Positions 1-8,500 of a stretch of 64,000 nt of DNA are shown piece after piece. Position 1 is the stretch's first letter, and each line of letters opens with the position of its first letter. A program made the translations under genes and the position numbers. The stretch comes from an archaeon (GTDB taxonomy: Archaea; Nanobdellota; Nanobdellia; Pacearchaeales; GW2011-AR1): NCBI GenBank assembly GCA_038121585.1, contig JAYONY010000001.1:117940-181939 (forward strand). The letters run 5' to 3'. The notes beneath the pieces were generated by a model. It had not been told where the DNA came from. It made no database searches and saw only the letters and a program-made list of their open reading frames with translations.

Positions 1-1
1 T

Positions 2-832
2 GCCGGTAACGTGTCAGATAAAGAAGGAGACTTACAAATTGAGATTTGGATGATTGAACCCCCTAAACCGTTGAAAGTGAGAATGTATCGATGTGACCAG
101 GTGTTTGTGACTGAACCGCTTGAAGAATTCCTATTAGTTGATGAAGTGTACGGCCTGCTCGTTATTGACCGACAAGAAGCTACGATTGGACTGCTAGAAG
201 GTAAGCGTATTAAAGTGCTCAAAAAGCTCTCGTCTGGCGTTCCAGGTAAAGTGCGTGCCGGTGGTCAGTCAGCTCAGCGATTTCACCGTATTACTGAAGG
301 TCTTGCTAAAGAATTTTTCCGCCGTGTTGCTGAAGAAATGAAAGATTCTTTTTTTGAATTACCACGTCTTAAAGGCATCATGGTTGGAGGGCCTATCCCT
401 ACGAAAGAAGAATTTCTAGAAGAAGGACATTTAGTCACTAAGCTCAAAGAGAAGGTTATTTCGGTCCAGGACATTGGATATGTTGATGAACATGGATTAG
501 AACTCTTAGTTGAAGCTTCCCAAGAAAATATTGCTGAACAAGAAATAATCAAAGAAAAGAAACTCTTAGAGCGATTCTTTAACACTCTCGGTAAGCATCG
601 AGAACTTGCAGCGTATGGCGATGAAGATATTAATCTTGCGCTTGAAAGAGGGTCAGTTGACGTACTGCTTATTTCAAGTAAAGTTGCAAAAGAGAAACTG
701 GTTGACTTAGAAAAGAAAGCCGAAAACATTGGTTCTGAGATCCACATTATTTCTACTGAAACAGAAGAAGGTGAGCAGTTCCTGAATATTACGGGCGGCG
801 TTGGCGCGATTTTACGTTTTGCATTACAATAG
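2..832 (+). CDS. prf1: Peptide chain release factor aRF1, C-terminal part (5' end outside window)
   Basis: The frame is open to the window edge (codons from nt 2, no stop). It contains the universal GGQ motif in 'KVRAGGQSAQRF' and aRF1 middle/C-terminal domain-like sequence. The N-terminal domain must lie upstream of the window. Confidence 0.9.
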   Translation, partial: AGNVSDKEGDLQIEIWMIEPPKPLKVRMYRCDQVFVTEPLEEFLLVDEVYGLLVIDRQEATIGLLEGKRIKVLKKLSSGVPGKVRAGGQSAQRFHRITEGLAKEFFRRVAEEMKDSFFELPRLKGIMVGGPIPTKEEFLEEGHLVTKLKEKVISVQDIGYVDEHGLELLVEASQENIAEQEIIKEKKLLERFFNTLGKHRELAAYGDEDINLALERGSVDVLLISSKVAKEKLVDLEKKAENIGSEIHIISTETEEGEQFLNITGGVGAILRFALQ

Positions 833-910
833 GTCTTCGATAAAAAATTGATTACCCAAACGTTTAAAACACCCTTTTTTCTGAGCAGATTCCTGCAAAT
901 TTTTTGTATT

Positions 911-1336
911 ATGACGATTACAATGACTGCTGGAACGACCAAATATATGCGACTGCCCTATCAGCGATTATTAGCATATGACGAAACAGAAGCACTAGAT
1001 CGGGAGGGTACAGCATACAATTGTATAATTCTAAAAAACCCTATTGGAGCTCGAAAAGTACAAGATATTATTGAAGAAAAATCATTGCTTGATAAAATAC
1101 GTATTTGGCGGCCAAAAAGACATACGTTTCAAGTGATTGCCCCTAAAGCAGAGCATATTCACAGATACGCTTTTGTTGAGAAAAAAACGGCGAGGGGGGA
1201 ACCATACATTGTTGGACAAGATATCGATCCTAAATGGATTGCATCACCAGAAGGCTCTATGATCGAAAATAAAAAGCCTAAAATCACCACTCCTGTTTTC
1301 GATAGTGCCCATGTCTACCCGTACTGTGATGATTAA
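911..1336 (+). CDS. Hypothetical protein
   Basis: ORF-track ORF 848-1336 starts at TTG; the first in-frame ATG is at 911. No motif recognised. Confidence 0.4.
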   Translation: MTITMTAGTTKYMRLPYQRLLAYDETEALDREGTAYNCIILKNPIGARKVQDIIEEKSLLDKIRIWRPKRHTFQVIAPKAEHIHRYAFVEKKTARGEPYIVGQDIDPKWIASPEGSMIENKKPKITTPVFDSAHVYPYCDD

Positions 1337-2274
1337 ACCGAGCGAATAACTTCAGCTAGTTTTTCACAATCATGGCGAATTAATACCGGTGCTGTTACCA
1401 TTGGCGCATTCACAAATTTTGCATTAAAGTCTGAAAATCGATCTGTATCAGCATGAACAGGAAATGCTTGTTCTTCCGCATATGTTGCGAGTAAGCTCGG
1501 AGAAAAAGATTCATCAGTATATAACACATAATCAAGAGCATTACGCCCAATATAGTTTTCTACTTCCCGTACAAAATCAGTAACTGCAAACCCATTTGTT
1601 TCACCATGCTTAGTCATTAAATTACACACATATACCTTTTTTGCTTTTGAGGCCGCAAGTGCTTCAGGCAATCCAGTAGCTAAAAAATTTGCAATAACAC
1701 TCGTATATAAATCACCAGGACCTATAACAATTACATCTGCTTCTGCTATCGCTTTTGTAACCGCAGGATTCACTGTTGCTTTGGGCGATAATAACACTCG
1801 CTTAATACGTAAATTCCCATCATGCTTGGGAATGTCTAGGTTTGTTTCTCCAACAATTAATTGTCCATCTTCAAGTTCTGCGACGAGCCGAACATTATCT
1901 AGTGTTACAGGCAAGACTCGTCCTTGAATGTTTAAGAGCTTTGAAGCTTCAGCGATTGCCGAGGCATCATCACCCGTTATGTCTTTTAAGGCTGTGATTA
2001 GAAGGTTACCAAATGAATGTCCTCCGAGCGTTCCATTTTCAAAACGGTGTTCAAAAAGTTTACGCATCATTTCTCTATCCTTACTCAGTGCTATAATACA
2101 CCGACGCACGTCTCCGGGAGGTAATACTCCGTATTCATCGCGCAATTTCCCTGTTGAGCCTCCATCATCAGCCATAGAAACGACTGCAGTTAATGCTAAG
2201 TCTTCAAATCGCTTAAGGCCTCGTAAAACAGTGTAGGTTCCAGTACCGCCACCAATAACCACTACGTTCTTCAT
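1333..2274 (-). CDS. YvcK/CofD-like (UPF0052) family protein
   Basis: 'MKNVVVIGGGTGTYTVLRGLK' and 'SMADDGGSTGKLR' match the YvcK/CofD (2-phospho-L-lactate transferase-like) family. The ORF-track ORF runs to 2472, but homology starts at the ATG at 2274, which has an A/T box about 25 nt upstream. Confidence 0.8.
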   Translation of the reverse strand: MKNVVVIGGGTGTYTVLRGLKRFEDLALTAVVSMADDGGSTGKLRDEYGVLPPGDVRRCIIALSKDREMMRKLFEHRFENGTLGGHSFGNLLITALKDITGDDASAIAEASKLLNIQGRVLPVTLDNVRLVAELEDGQLIVGETNLDIPKHDGNLRIKRVLLSPKATVNPAVTKAIAEADVIVIGPGDLYTSVIANFLATGLPEALAASKAKKVYVCNLMTKHGETNGFAVTDFVREVENYIGRNALDYVLYTDESFSPSLLATYAEEQAFPVHADTDRFSDFNAKFVNAPMVTAPVLIRHDCEKLAEVIRSV

Positions 2275-2335
2275 GTTCAGGCAATAAAATCCTTGCTTTT
2301 TAACCATTAGGGTAGTGACAACGTGACAACAAACA

Positions 2336-2343
2336 ATATAAAT
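2336..2343 (+). promoter_or_regulatory. TATA-like box (ATATAAAT) for mcm
   Basis: The A/T box ends 24 nt before the mcm ATG at 2367, which is archaeal leaderless-type spacing. It is preceded by the tandem GTGACAAC GTGACAAC (2315-2330). Confidence 0.4.
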
Positions 2344-2366
2344 TGCGGGACGCCTTGCATTTTCAT

Positions 2367-4382
2367 ATGGTGGAGCTAAAGCGAGAAGATATTGAGTTTG
2401 AATCACGAAGGTTCTTTGAATCACACAAGCGAGATATTGGATCTTCATTGCGAGAAGATGATAATGTTGCAAAGGTGAGTTTTAAAGCGTTAACGCAGTT
2501 CTCACCTCAAGTTGCTGAAAGAATTCTTGAAACACCTGAAGACACCCTGGCCATTATGGAAACAATTCTTGAAGAATCAGGCCTCATTCGTAATCCACGA
2601 ATCAGATTTACAGATATGCCTGATTCGACGAATATTCCCATTCGTAAGATTCGAGCGAAGCACTTAGACCAGTTAATTACGATCGAAGGAATTGTGCGTC
2701 AAGCGTCTGACGTTCGTCCGCAAGTGGTCAATGCGCGGTTTGAATGCCCATCATGTGGAGCGATTCTCTCAGTGTTACAGATTGAAAAGAAGTTCCGTGA
2801 ACCTTCAAGATGTTCGTGCGGGCGTAAAGGATTATTCAAATTATTATCGAAAGAAATGGTTGACGCGCAACGCCTCATGATTGAGGAAGCCCCTGACTCT
2901 TTAGACGGTGGTGAACAGCCACGAAGAATTTCGGTTTTTCTCAAGGAAGACTTGGTTGAACCGCGAATGGAGGAGCGAACAACGCCTGGAAGCCGTGTCA
3001 GAATCATTGGGACGCTTAAAGAAGTTCCCGTGCCGCTCCAAACTGGTTCTATCGCAACGCGGTTTGATATTGCTATTGAAGCAAATAACGCAATTCCCCT
3101 TGAAGAATCATTTGAAGACTTAATGATTTCTGAAGAGGAAGAACGTCAAATTCTCGAACTTGCTGAAGACCCGAAAGTGTTTGAAAAATTAACACGGAGC
3201 ATTTCGCCGAGTGTCTATGGGTTTGAAGAGGTTAAGCAAGCAGTGCTACTCCAATTATTTTCTGGCGTGCAGAAAAGTAGGTCTGACGGAGGCATGACGC
3301 GTGGAGACATGCATGTCTTACTTGTTGGTGACCCGGGAGTTGCTAAATCTGTTACACTTAAGTTCGTCTCAAATATTGCCCCACGAGGGAGATATGTTTC
3401 TGGTCGTGCTACGACTGGGGCTGGTTTAACAGCTGCAGTAGTTAAAGATGAATTCCTCAAAGGCTGGTCGCTCGAGGCTGGTGCGATGGTTTTAGCAAAT
3501 AAAGGTATTGTCTGTGTGGACGAGATTGAGAAAATGAGTGAGCATGACCGGTCAACGATGCACGAGGCAATGGAGCAGCAGTCAGTGACTATTTCAAAAG
3601 CAAATATTCAGGCAACACTCCGTTCGCAAACGTCCGTACTCGCTGCAGGAAACCCAAAGCTCGGACGATTTGACCCCTACACCCCTATCCCGCAACAAAT
3701 TGATATTTCACCAGCACTACTCTCTCGTTTTGACATTATTTTCGTGTTACGTGACCTACCTAATAAAGCGCAGGACGAAGCTATTGCGAGTTATGTGCTT
3801 GAAGAACACCAGCAAGATGTTGTGCGTGAAGTGATTGACCCACAAATTTTACGTAAGTATATCTCGTACGCGCGTAAGCGTGTGAAACCACGATTAACTG
3901 ATGAAGCAGTAGCTGAAATTAAAGACTTCTACATTACACTACGTAATCAGTCCACACAAGAGTCAGACTCAGGCATTAAACCAATTCCGGTTACTGCACG
4001 ACAGCTTGAAGCGATTGTTCGTGTGTCAGAAGCGTGTGCAAAAATTAGATTATCTGATACGGTAACGACTGATGATGCTAAACGCGCGATTGACTTGCTC
4101 AAATTCTCACTCATGCAAGTAGGGTATGATGAGGAAACAAAAACATTTGATATTGACCGTGTAACAACAGGCATTACCAGCTCTAAGCGAAATAAAATTC
4201 TAACAATGAAAGATACGATTTCTCAACTTGAAAATCGGGTCGGAAAACTCATTCCTATCGAAGACTTAAAAGAAGCCGTAGGCGATAGAATGTCTGAATC
4301 AGAATTTGATGAAGCTATCGACCAACTCTCAAAGAACGGTGACATTTTCAGACCAAAGAAAGGCTATGTACAAAAGGTTTGA
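2367..4382 (+). CDS. mcm: MCM replicative helicase
   Basis: Zn-ribbon 'CPSCG...CSCG', Walker A 'GDPGVAKS', Walker B 'IVCVDEIEKM', arginine finger 'SRFD' and a C-terminal winged-helix-like tail. The ATG at 2367 is preferred over the TTG at 2343. Confidence 0.95.
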   Translation: MVELKREDIEFESRRFFESHKRDIGSSLREDDNVAKVSFKALTQFSPQVAERILETPEDTLAIMETILEESGLIRNPRIRFTDMPDSTNIPIRKIRAKHLDQLITIEGIVRQASDVRPQVVNARFECPSCGAILSVLQIEKKFREPSRCSCGRKGLFKLLSKEMVDAQRLMIEEAPDSLDGGEQPRRISVFLKEDLVEPRMEERTTPGSRVRIIGTLKEVPVPLQTGSIATRFDIAIEANNAIPLEESFEDLMISEEEERQILELAEDPKVFEKLTRSISPSVYGFEEVKQAVLLQLFSGVQKSRSDGGMTRGDMHVLLVGDPGVAKSVTLKFVSNIAPRGRYVSGRATTGAGLTAAVVKDEFLKGWSLEAGAMVLANKGIVCVDEIEKMSEHDRSTMHEAMEQQSVTISKANIQATLRSQTSVLAAGNPKLGRFDPYTPIPQQIDISPALLSRFDIIFVLRDLPNKAQDEAIASYVLEEHQQDVVREVIDPQILRKYISYARKRVKPRLTDEAVAEIKDFYITLRNQSTQESDSGIKPIPVTARQLEAIVRVSEACAKIRLSDTVTTDDAKRAIDLLKFSLMQVGYDEETKTFDIDRVTTGITSSKRNKILTMKDTISQLENRVGKLIPIEDLKEAVGDRMSESEFDEAIDQLSKNGDIFRPKKGYVQKV

Positions 4383-4438
4383 ACATCTACCACGGCAATT
4401 CTTAAATAACCCTTCTTCTCTGTGCTGATATTCAAAAG

Positions 4439-5053
4439 ATGGAACAAGATCAATTCAAACGACATATTGCTTTCAAAATCCGTATTGGAGATATTCTTGA
4501 AGGACGTGTTATCATGGATGGAGAAAAATTCAAGTGTATTGAACATGGCACTAAACAAGTTGCTCGTGTTAATCTCGTTGCGAACGTAATTGAAAAATTC
4601 GTTCAAGATGGAGAGCGAAAATTTGGGTCTATCACCCTTGATGATGCTTCAGGCCAGATTAAAGTCAAAGTATTTGGTGATGATATTGCACTGTTAGAAC
4701 CGTTCGAACAGGGCGATACGCTTATGTGTATTGGACTTTTGCGTTCCTGGAATAATGAGGTCTATCTCACCCCTGACATCCTTAAGAAGAAAGAACCGCA
4801 ATATTTACTGGTAAGAAAGTATGAATTAGATCTAGAACAACCCAAAGAATTACCGAAGGAAGAACAATCTGATCTTAAGAATAAAATTCTAGAGACAGTG
4901 AAGAAGTCAGAGGATGACGGTGGTGCAGAAGTTGAAGATATGATTATGGCACTTAAGTCATCTCCTGAAGCGATTAATACTGAAATCAAAAAACTCTTAG
5001 AAGAAGGCATTATCTACGAGCCTCGACCAGGTAAGATTCGCTACTTAGGTTAA
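4439..5053 (+). CDS. OB-fold ssDNA-binding protein, RPA2(RPA32)/Stn1-like, with C-terminal winged helix
   Basis: The OB-like core 'ARVNLVANVI...GSITLDDASGQIKVKVFGDD...GDTLMCIGLLRSWNNEVYL' resembles RPA32-type OB domains. The C-terminal 'EDMIMALKSSPEAINTEIKKLLEEGIIYEPRPGKIRYL' looks like a wHTH. The gene lies 57 nt downstream of mcm on the same strand. Confidence 0.55.
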   Translation: MEQDQFKRHIAFKIRIGDILEGRVIMDGEKFKCIEHGTKQVARVNLVANVIEKFVQDGERKFGSITLDDASGQIKVKVFGDDIALLEPFEQGDTLMCIGLLRSWNNEVYLTPDILKKKEPQYLLVRKYELDLEQPKELPKEEQSDLKNKILETVKKSEDDGGAEVEDMIMALKSSPEAINTEIKKLLEEGIIYEPRPGKIRYLG

Positions 5054-5086
5054 ACCTTATAAACTCGTTTTTTTTTCGCAATTGAG

Positions 5087-5698
5087 ATGACTAGAACGCG
5101 AGATACTATTACACTAGCTACAAGAATTGACCAAGAAAATGGCAAGCCATACGTCTATTCAAGTAAGGGAGGCAAATTCCAACTAGCATACCGTGGCGAT
5201 ATTGACGCGTTAGAAACCCCGTTTGTAATGCGGACTATTAATGGTAAGACAAATAAAGGATACGTACTTACCTCAACAGTTCCAGAAGTGTTTAAAGACT
5301 TTCCCTCAAGTGACGCAATTCTCTACGCCGTATGGGATAGCAATCTCTCACCGTTCATCACCCCTAATGAATACACTGTAAAAAGCTTTTTCGAAGTTGG
5401 CCCAACGCAAGGTTCATTGCTACTCAGAAATAAATTTGAGAGTGAGCAAGTCCGAGGATATTTTCTTTCAAATAATAGACGCCCTGTATTAATGACAAAA
5501 GGCATCGGTAACGATGGACGTACTAGATTCCCCTCAGTCAGAAAGTTACTTCAAAAACGAGCCTATCAAACTGAAAAATCAGTCTCTCGACATCCTATTT
5601 TCGTTGTTATTGATGCTGCTAAAGACCTTGAGGAACGTGTGCTGCCGACAATGCAAGCAACTGGTAAAACAATTCTACGAGTTGAAAAAAGAACCTAA
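5087..5698 (+). CDS. Hypothetical protein (third gene of the mcm-linked set)
   Basis: A 203-aa ORF 34 nt after the OB-fold gene. No motif recognised. Confidence 0.5.
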   Translation: MTRTRDTITLATRIDQENGKPYVYSSKGGKFQLAYRGDIDALETPFVMRTINGKTNKGYVLTSTVPEVFKDFPSSDAILYAVWDSNLSPFITPNEYTVKSFFEVGPTQGSLLLRNKFESEQVRGYFLSNNRRPVLMTKGIGNDGRTRFPSVRKLLQKRAYQTEKSVSRHPIFVVIDAAKDLEERVLPTMQATGKTILRVEKRT

Positions 5699-5699
5699 C

Positions 5700-6269
5700 T
5701 TACTTTTTCTTCTTACCTGTAAACATCCTACCATGAGTGTTTAGTCGGTATGCTACAAAAATCAATATCACAAGCACGATAAGCAGTAAAAAGAATCGCG
5801 TGATATTGCCAAAGTTACGCCAATTGTAAATAGTTCCAAACACAACTGCCCACATTCCTGATGCAAGGAGTGCACTTCCTACAGGTTCAACACTCAGTAT
5901 TGCAAATCCAACTACAAAGGTGAGTATCCCAATGATAACTGAAATAATAAAGATGTTTCGTGAGTATACATCACGAGCATCATCATATGCTTTAGAACAT
6001 GTATCACACGTTCCACTTACAGGACATCCGTTCGCATCATATTCATAGCGAAAATCACCACCTGCATCATAACATTGACGTGCTTGTTCATCTAATGCAC
6101 TATTGGGAGCGCACTCAACACCACTAGGAAATGGACGTGATGCAAACTCACTCCGACCACAATAGTCTTCATACTGTGGCCCAGGATAAAACGCTGCAAA
6201 CCCTGCTGCCAAAACGAGTCCGTAAATAATTACAATTCCAAGTCCAATAACAAAGTTACGTGTTGTCAT
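5700..6269 (-). CDS. Membrane protein with Cys-rich extracytoplasmic loop
   Basis: An N-terminal TM is followed by a ~90-aa loop with 8 Cys ('CGRSEF...CAPN...CYDAGG...CPVSGTCDTC'), then three hydrophobic helices and a KKKK tail. Its ATG overlaps the stop of the upstream ybjQ-like gene (TAATG). Confidence 0.55.
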   Translation of the reverse strand: MTTRNFVIGLGIVIIYGLVLAAGFAAFYPGPQYEDYCGRSEFASRPFPSGVECAPNSALDEQARQCYDAGGDFRYEYDANGCPVSGTCDTCSKAYDDARDVYSRNIFIISVIIGILTFVVGFAILSVEPVGSALLASGMWAVVFGTIYNWRNFGNITRFFLLLIVLVILIFVAYRLNTHGRMFTGKKKK

Positions 6270-6580
6270 TATACTTTCACCGCCGTTCCATACACTAAAA
6301 TCTCAGCAGCGTTAGGCGCTACTTGTGACGTAGTAAATCGCACGTTTACGATTGCATCTGCTTTTAACTTGCGAGCTTGTGTTACCATGCGCTTTAATGC
6401 TTGTTCTCGCGCTTCATTGAGCATTTCAGTATATCCCTTGAGCTCTCCACCGACGAGCGTCTTTAGTCCTGCCATAACATCTCGACCGATATGTTTTGTG
6501 CGTATAGTGCTACCACGCACGAGACCGAGTGATTGCTTGATTTTCTTACCTGGAACGTCTGGCGTTGTAAGTAATTGCAT
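6269..6580 (-). CDS. YbjQ/UPF0145 family (heavy-metal-binding-domain-like) protein
   Basis: 'TTPDVPGKKIKQSLGLVRGSTIR...VGGELKGYTEMLNEAREQALKRM...ADAIVNVRFTTSQV...VYGTAV' matches UPF0145. The ATG at 6580 is preferred over the longer ORF-track start at 6646. Confidence 0.8.
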   Translation of the reverse strand: MQLLTTPDVPGKKIKQSLGLVRGSTIRTKHIGRDVMAGLKTLVGGELKGYTEMLNEAREQALKRMVTQARKLKADAIVNVRFTTSQVAPNAAEILVYGTAVKV

Positions 6581-6600
6581 ACATTGTATACAACAAACAG

Positions 6601-6610
6601 CTTTAAAAAC
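6601..6610. promoter_or_regulatory. Single central A/T box (CTTTAAAAAC) shared by divergent ybjQ-like and aIF2-beta genes
   Basis: The box sits in the middle of a 51-nt divergent intergenic region (6581-6631), about 21-26 nt from both ATGs. Confidence 0.4.
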
Positions 6611-6631
6611 ATACTCCCGCACCTTTTTAGT

Positions 6632-7039
6632 ATGGATTATGAGCAATTACTTGATGCAGCATACAAAAACGTTAAATCCGTCGAGGGTAGCGGTGAGCGT
6701 TTCACCATTCCAAAAGTGAAAGGGCTTGTGCAAGGTAAAAACACAATTATTACTAATATTGGCCTTATCGCAGGCCACATCCGACGACCAGTTGAACATC
6801 TAGTCAAATATTTACTACGAGAACTTGCTACTCCTGGACGACTCGATAAAGAGAGACTCATTCTTAAAGCACGTCTTAACTCGAGTAAAGTCAACGATAA
6901 AATTGAACAATATGTGAAAATCTTCGTACTTTGTCAAGAATGTAAAAAACCAGATACAGAAGTTGTCACAGAAAAAGGTGTGAAACTCAAGCATTGCCTT
7001 GCGTGCGGAGCAAAATATCCTATTAAATCTAAGATATAA
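6632..7039 (+). CDS. eif2b: Translation initiation factor aIF2 beta subunit
   Basis: 'MDYEQLLDAAY...ERFTIPK...GKNTIITN...HLVKYLLRELATPG' plus the C-terminal zinc ribbon 'CQECKKPDT...CLACGA'. Confidence 0.9.
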   Translation: MDYEQLLDAAYKNVKSVEGSGERFTIPKVKGLVQGKNTIITNIGLIAGHIRRPVEHLVKYLLRELATPGRLDKERLILKARLNSSKVNDKIEQYVKIFVLCQECKKPDTEVVTEKGVKLKHCLACGAKYPIKSKI

Positions 7040-7092
7040 ACACTTATAACACCCAAACTACTTGTATTTCTACGAAAAAGGGAGGTTATTCC

Positions 7093-7245
7093 ATGGCTAC
7101 AGAAGGTTATTGTGTTAAATGCAAGGCAAAAGTAGAAATTCAGGACCCTAAAGAGAGCACTACTAAGAAGGGTACTAAGATTGCAAAAGGCAAATGTCCT
7201 AATTGCAGCACTACTGTTTGTCGCATGGGTGGTATTGTTAAATAA
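7093..7245 (+). CDS. Small zinc-ribbon protein (DUF5679-like), 50 aa
   Basis: Not in the ORF track because it is under 60 aa. I translated it by hand as MATEGYCVKCKAKVEIQDPKESTTKKGTKIAKGKCPNCSTTVCRMGGIVK. It has a CxxC...CxxC pattern, and GGAGGT lies 6 nt upstream of the ATG. Confidence 0.6.
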   Translation: MATEGYCVKCKAKVEIQDPKESTTKKGTKIAKGKCPNCSTTVCRMGGIVK

Positions 7246-7283
7246 ACCCATATCTTTTTATTATTCAAGTTTATCATTTCTAA

Positions 7284-7580
7284 ATGTATATTAAAATTCA
7301 TAAATCATACCGGACAGTCGTTGCTATTTGCGATGATGACTTAATCGGTAAAAAATTCAAAGAAGGAGAGCGACTGCTTGACGTTCGAGAATCGTTCTAT
7401 AAAGGAGAACATGTTGATCATGACAAAGCCGTTGAAGTCATGAAAGCACAATCATATGATGATGCAACGTTTAACATTGTTGGGAAAGAATCCGTTGCTG
7501 CAGCGCAAGAAGCAGGAATTATTACGAAAGAAGGTGTTGGCACTGTTGAGAATATTCCTTTTGCATTAGTCTTGCTCTAA
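7284..7580 (+). CDS. DUF424 family archaeal protein
   Basis: 'MYIKIHKSYRTVVAICDDDLIGKKF...FYKGE...FNIVGKESV' matches my recollection of the conserved archaeal DUF424 pattern. Confidence 0.65.
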   Translation: MYIKIHKSYRTVVAICDDDLIGKKFKEGERLLDVRESFYKGEHVDHDKAVEVMKAQSYDDATFNIVGKESVAAAQEAGIITKEGVGTVENIPFALVLL

Positions 7581-7619
7581 AAGCCAATACTTAAAAAGCG
7601 CGTTCGCGCACATTCTATT

Positions 7620-7994
7620 ATGTCAGACCATGATGAAGCCGGTGAATTCGGCGATTTCGAAGAAGTTAAGAATGAACAACAAGAGCAACAAGGCGAAGCT
7701 CCTAAAATGCCGTCGCGTGTTCGTTTGCCGCGAGGTAAGGAAGTTATTGGGATTATCGTAACGCGGTTTGGCGGTAATCGTATGGAAATTAAGTCTACTG
7801 ATGGTAAATCACGCAACTGTCGTGTTCCTGGCAAATACCGTAGGAGACTCTGGCTCAGACCTAAGAATTATGTCTTAATCATCCCATGGGACCTTGATGA
7901 CGGCAAGGGCGACATTATCTACAAGTATATGCCTAATGAAGTGGCACAGCTCAAAAAGCGTGGTATGCTCAAAGGACTTGATGATGAGTTCTAA
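7620..7994 (+). CDS. eif1a: Translation initiation factor aIF1A
   Basis: S1/OB core 'VRLPRGKEVIGIIVTRFGGNRMEIKSTDGKSRNCRVPGKYRRRLWLRPKNYVLIIPWD...GDIIYKY'. Confidence 0.9.
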   Translation: MSDHDEAGEFGDFEEVKNEQQEQQGEAPKMPSRVRLPRGKEVIGIIVTRFGGNRMEIKSTDGKSRNCRVPGKYRRRLWLRPKNYVLIIPWDLDDGKGDIIYKYMPNEVAQLKKRGMLKGLDDEF

Positions 7995-8002
7995 GGCACA
8001 AA

Positions 8003-8500
8003 ATGGAACAATTTTTCTTACAAAAAACCACTGAACTTAAGCGCGAAAAAGATTTTTTAGAGCGTACGCTGAAAGTAAAAATTATCATTAAGAAAAACAT
8101 GATTACAGTTGTTGGCGAAGCTGTTGATGAATATGAAGCCCTCAGAGTGCTTGAAGCGATGAGTTTTGGGTTTTCTGCCCGTACGGCAGCAATGATTGTT
8201 GATGAAGATACTGATTTTGAAATTATTCATATTAAAGACCATACACGACGTAAAAATCTCGAACTCGTAAAAGGACGCCTTATTGGCACACATGGCAAAA
8301 CTAAGAACACGATTGAACAAATTGCTGATTGTGAACTACGAATTAAAGGAAGTGATGTTGCAGTCATTGCCCCCGCCGAAGAAATGCAATATGTCGTTAC
8401 AGCAATCACCAATATTATCAAAGGTACCAAACAACAGAATTCCTACAAATATTTAGAGCGCATTAACACGAAACGCAAGAAGGAACTGCCAAGATTCTAA
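8003..8500 (+). CDS. KH-domain RNA-binding protein (Dim2/Pno1-like)
   Basis: It has two KH-like modules, with 'GRLIGTHGKTKNTIEQIADCEL' providing a GxxG-type loop. Its position directly after aIF1A is typical for archaeal Dim2 homologues. Confidence 0.65.
   Translation: MEQFFLQKTTELKREKDFLERTLKVKIIIKKNMITVVGEAVDEYEALRVLEAMSFGFSARTAAMIVDEDTDFEIIHIKDHTRRKNLELVKGRLIGTHGKTKNTIEQIADCELRIKGSDVAVIAPAEEMQYVVTAITNIIKGTKQQNSYKYLERINTKRKKELPRF

Noticed and set aside
283-942. A 219-aa minus-strand ORF antisense to aRF1.
   Set aside because: The plus-strand frame has unambiguous aRF1 homology, including GGQ. The antisense product is Ser-rich low complexity with no start context.
2275-2366. A replication origin next to mcm.
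   Set aside because: There are no ORB or mini-ORB-like repeats and no extended AT-rich unwinding element beyond promoter boxes. No orc1/cdc6 gene is in the window. Only an 8-nt tandem was found.
2275-2472. A 66-codon N-terminal extension of the yvcK-like ORF overlapping the mcm start.
   Set aside because: Family homology starts at 'MKNVVVIGGG' (ATG 2274). The extension would overlap mcm and its promoter.
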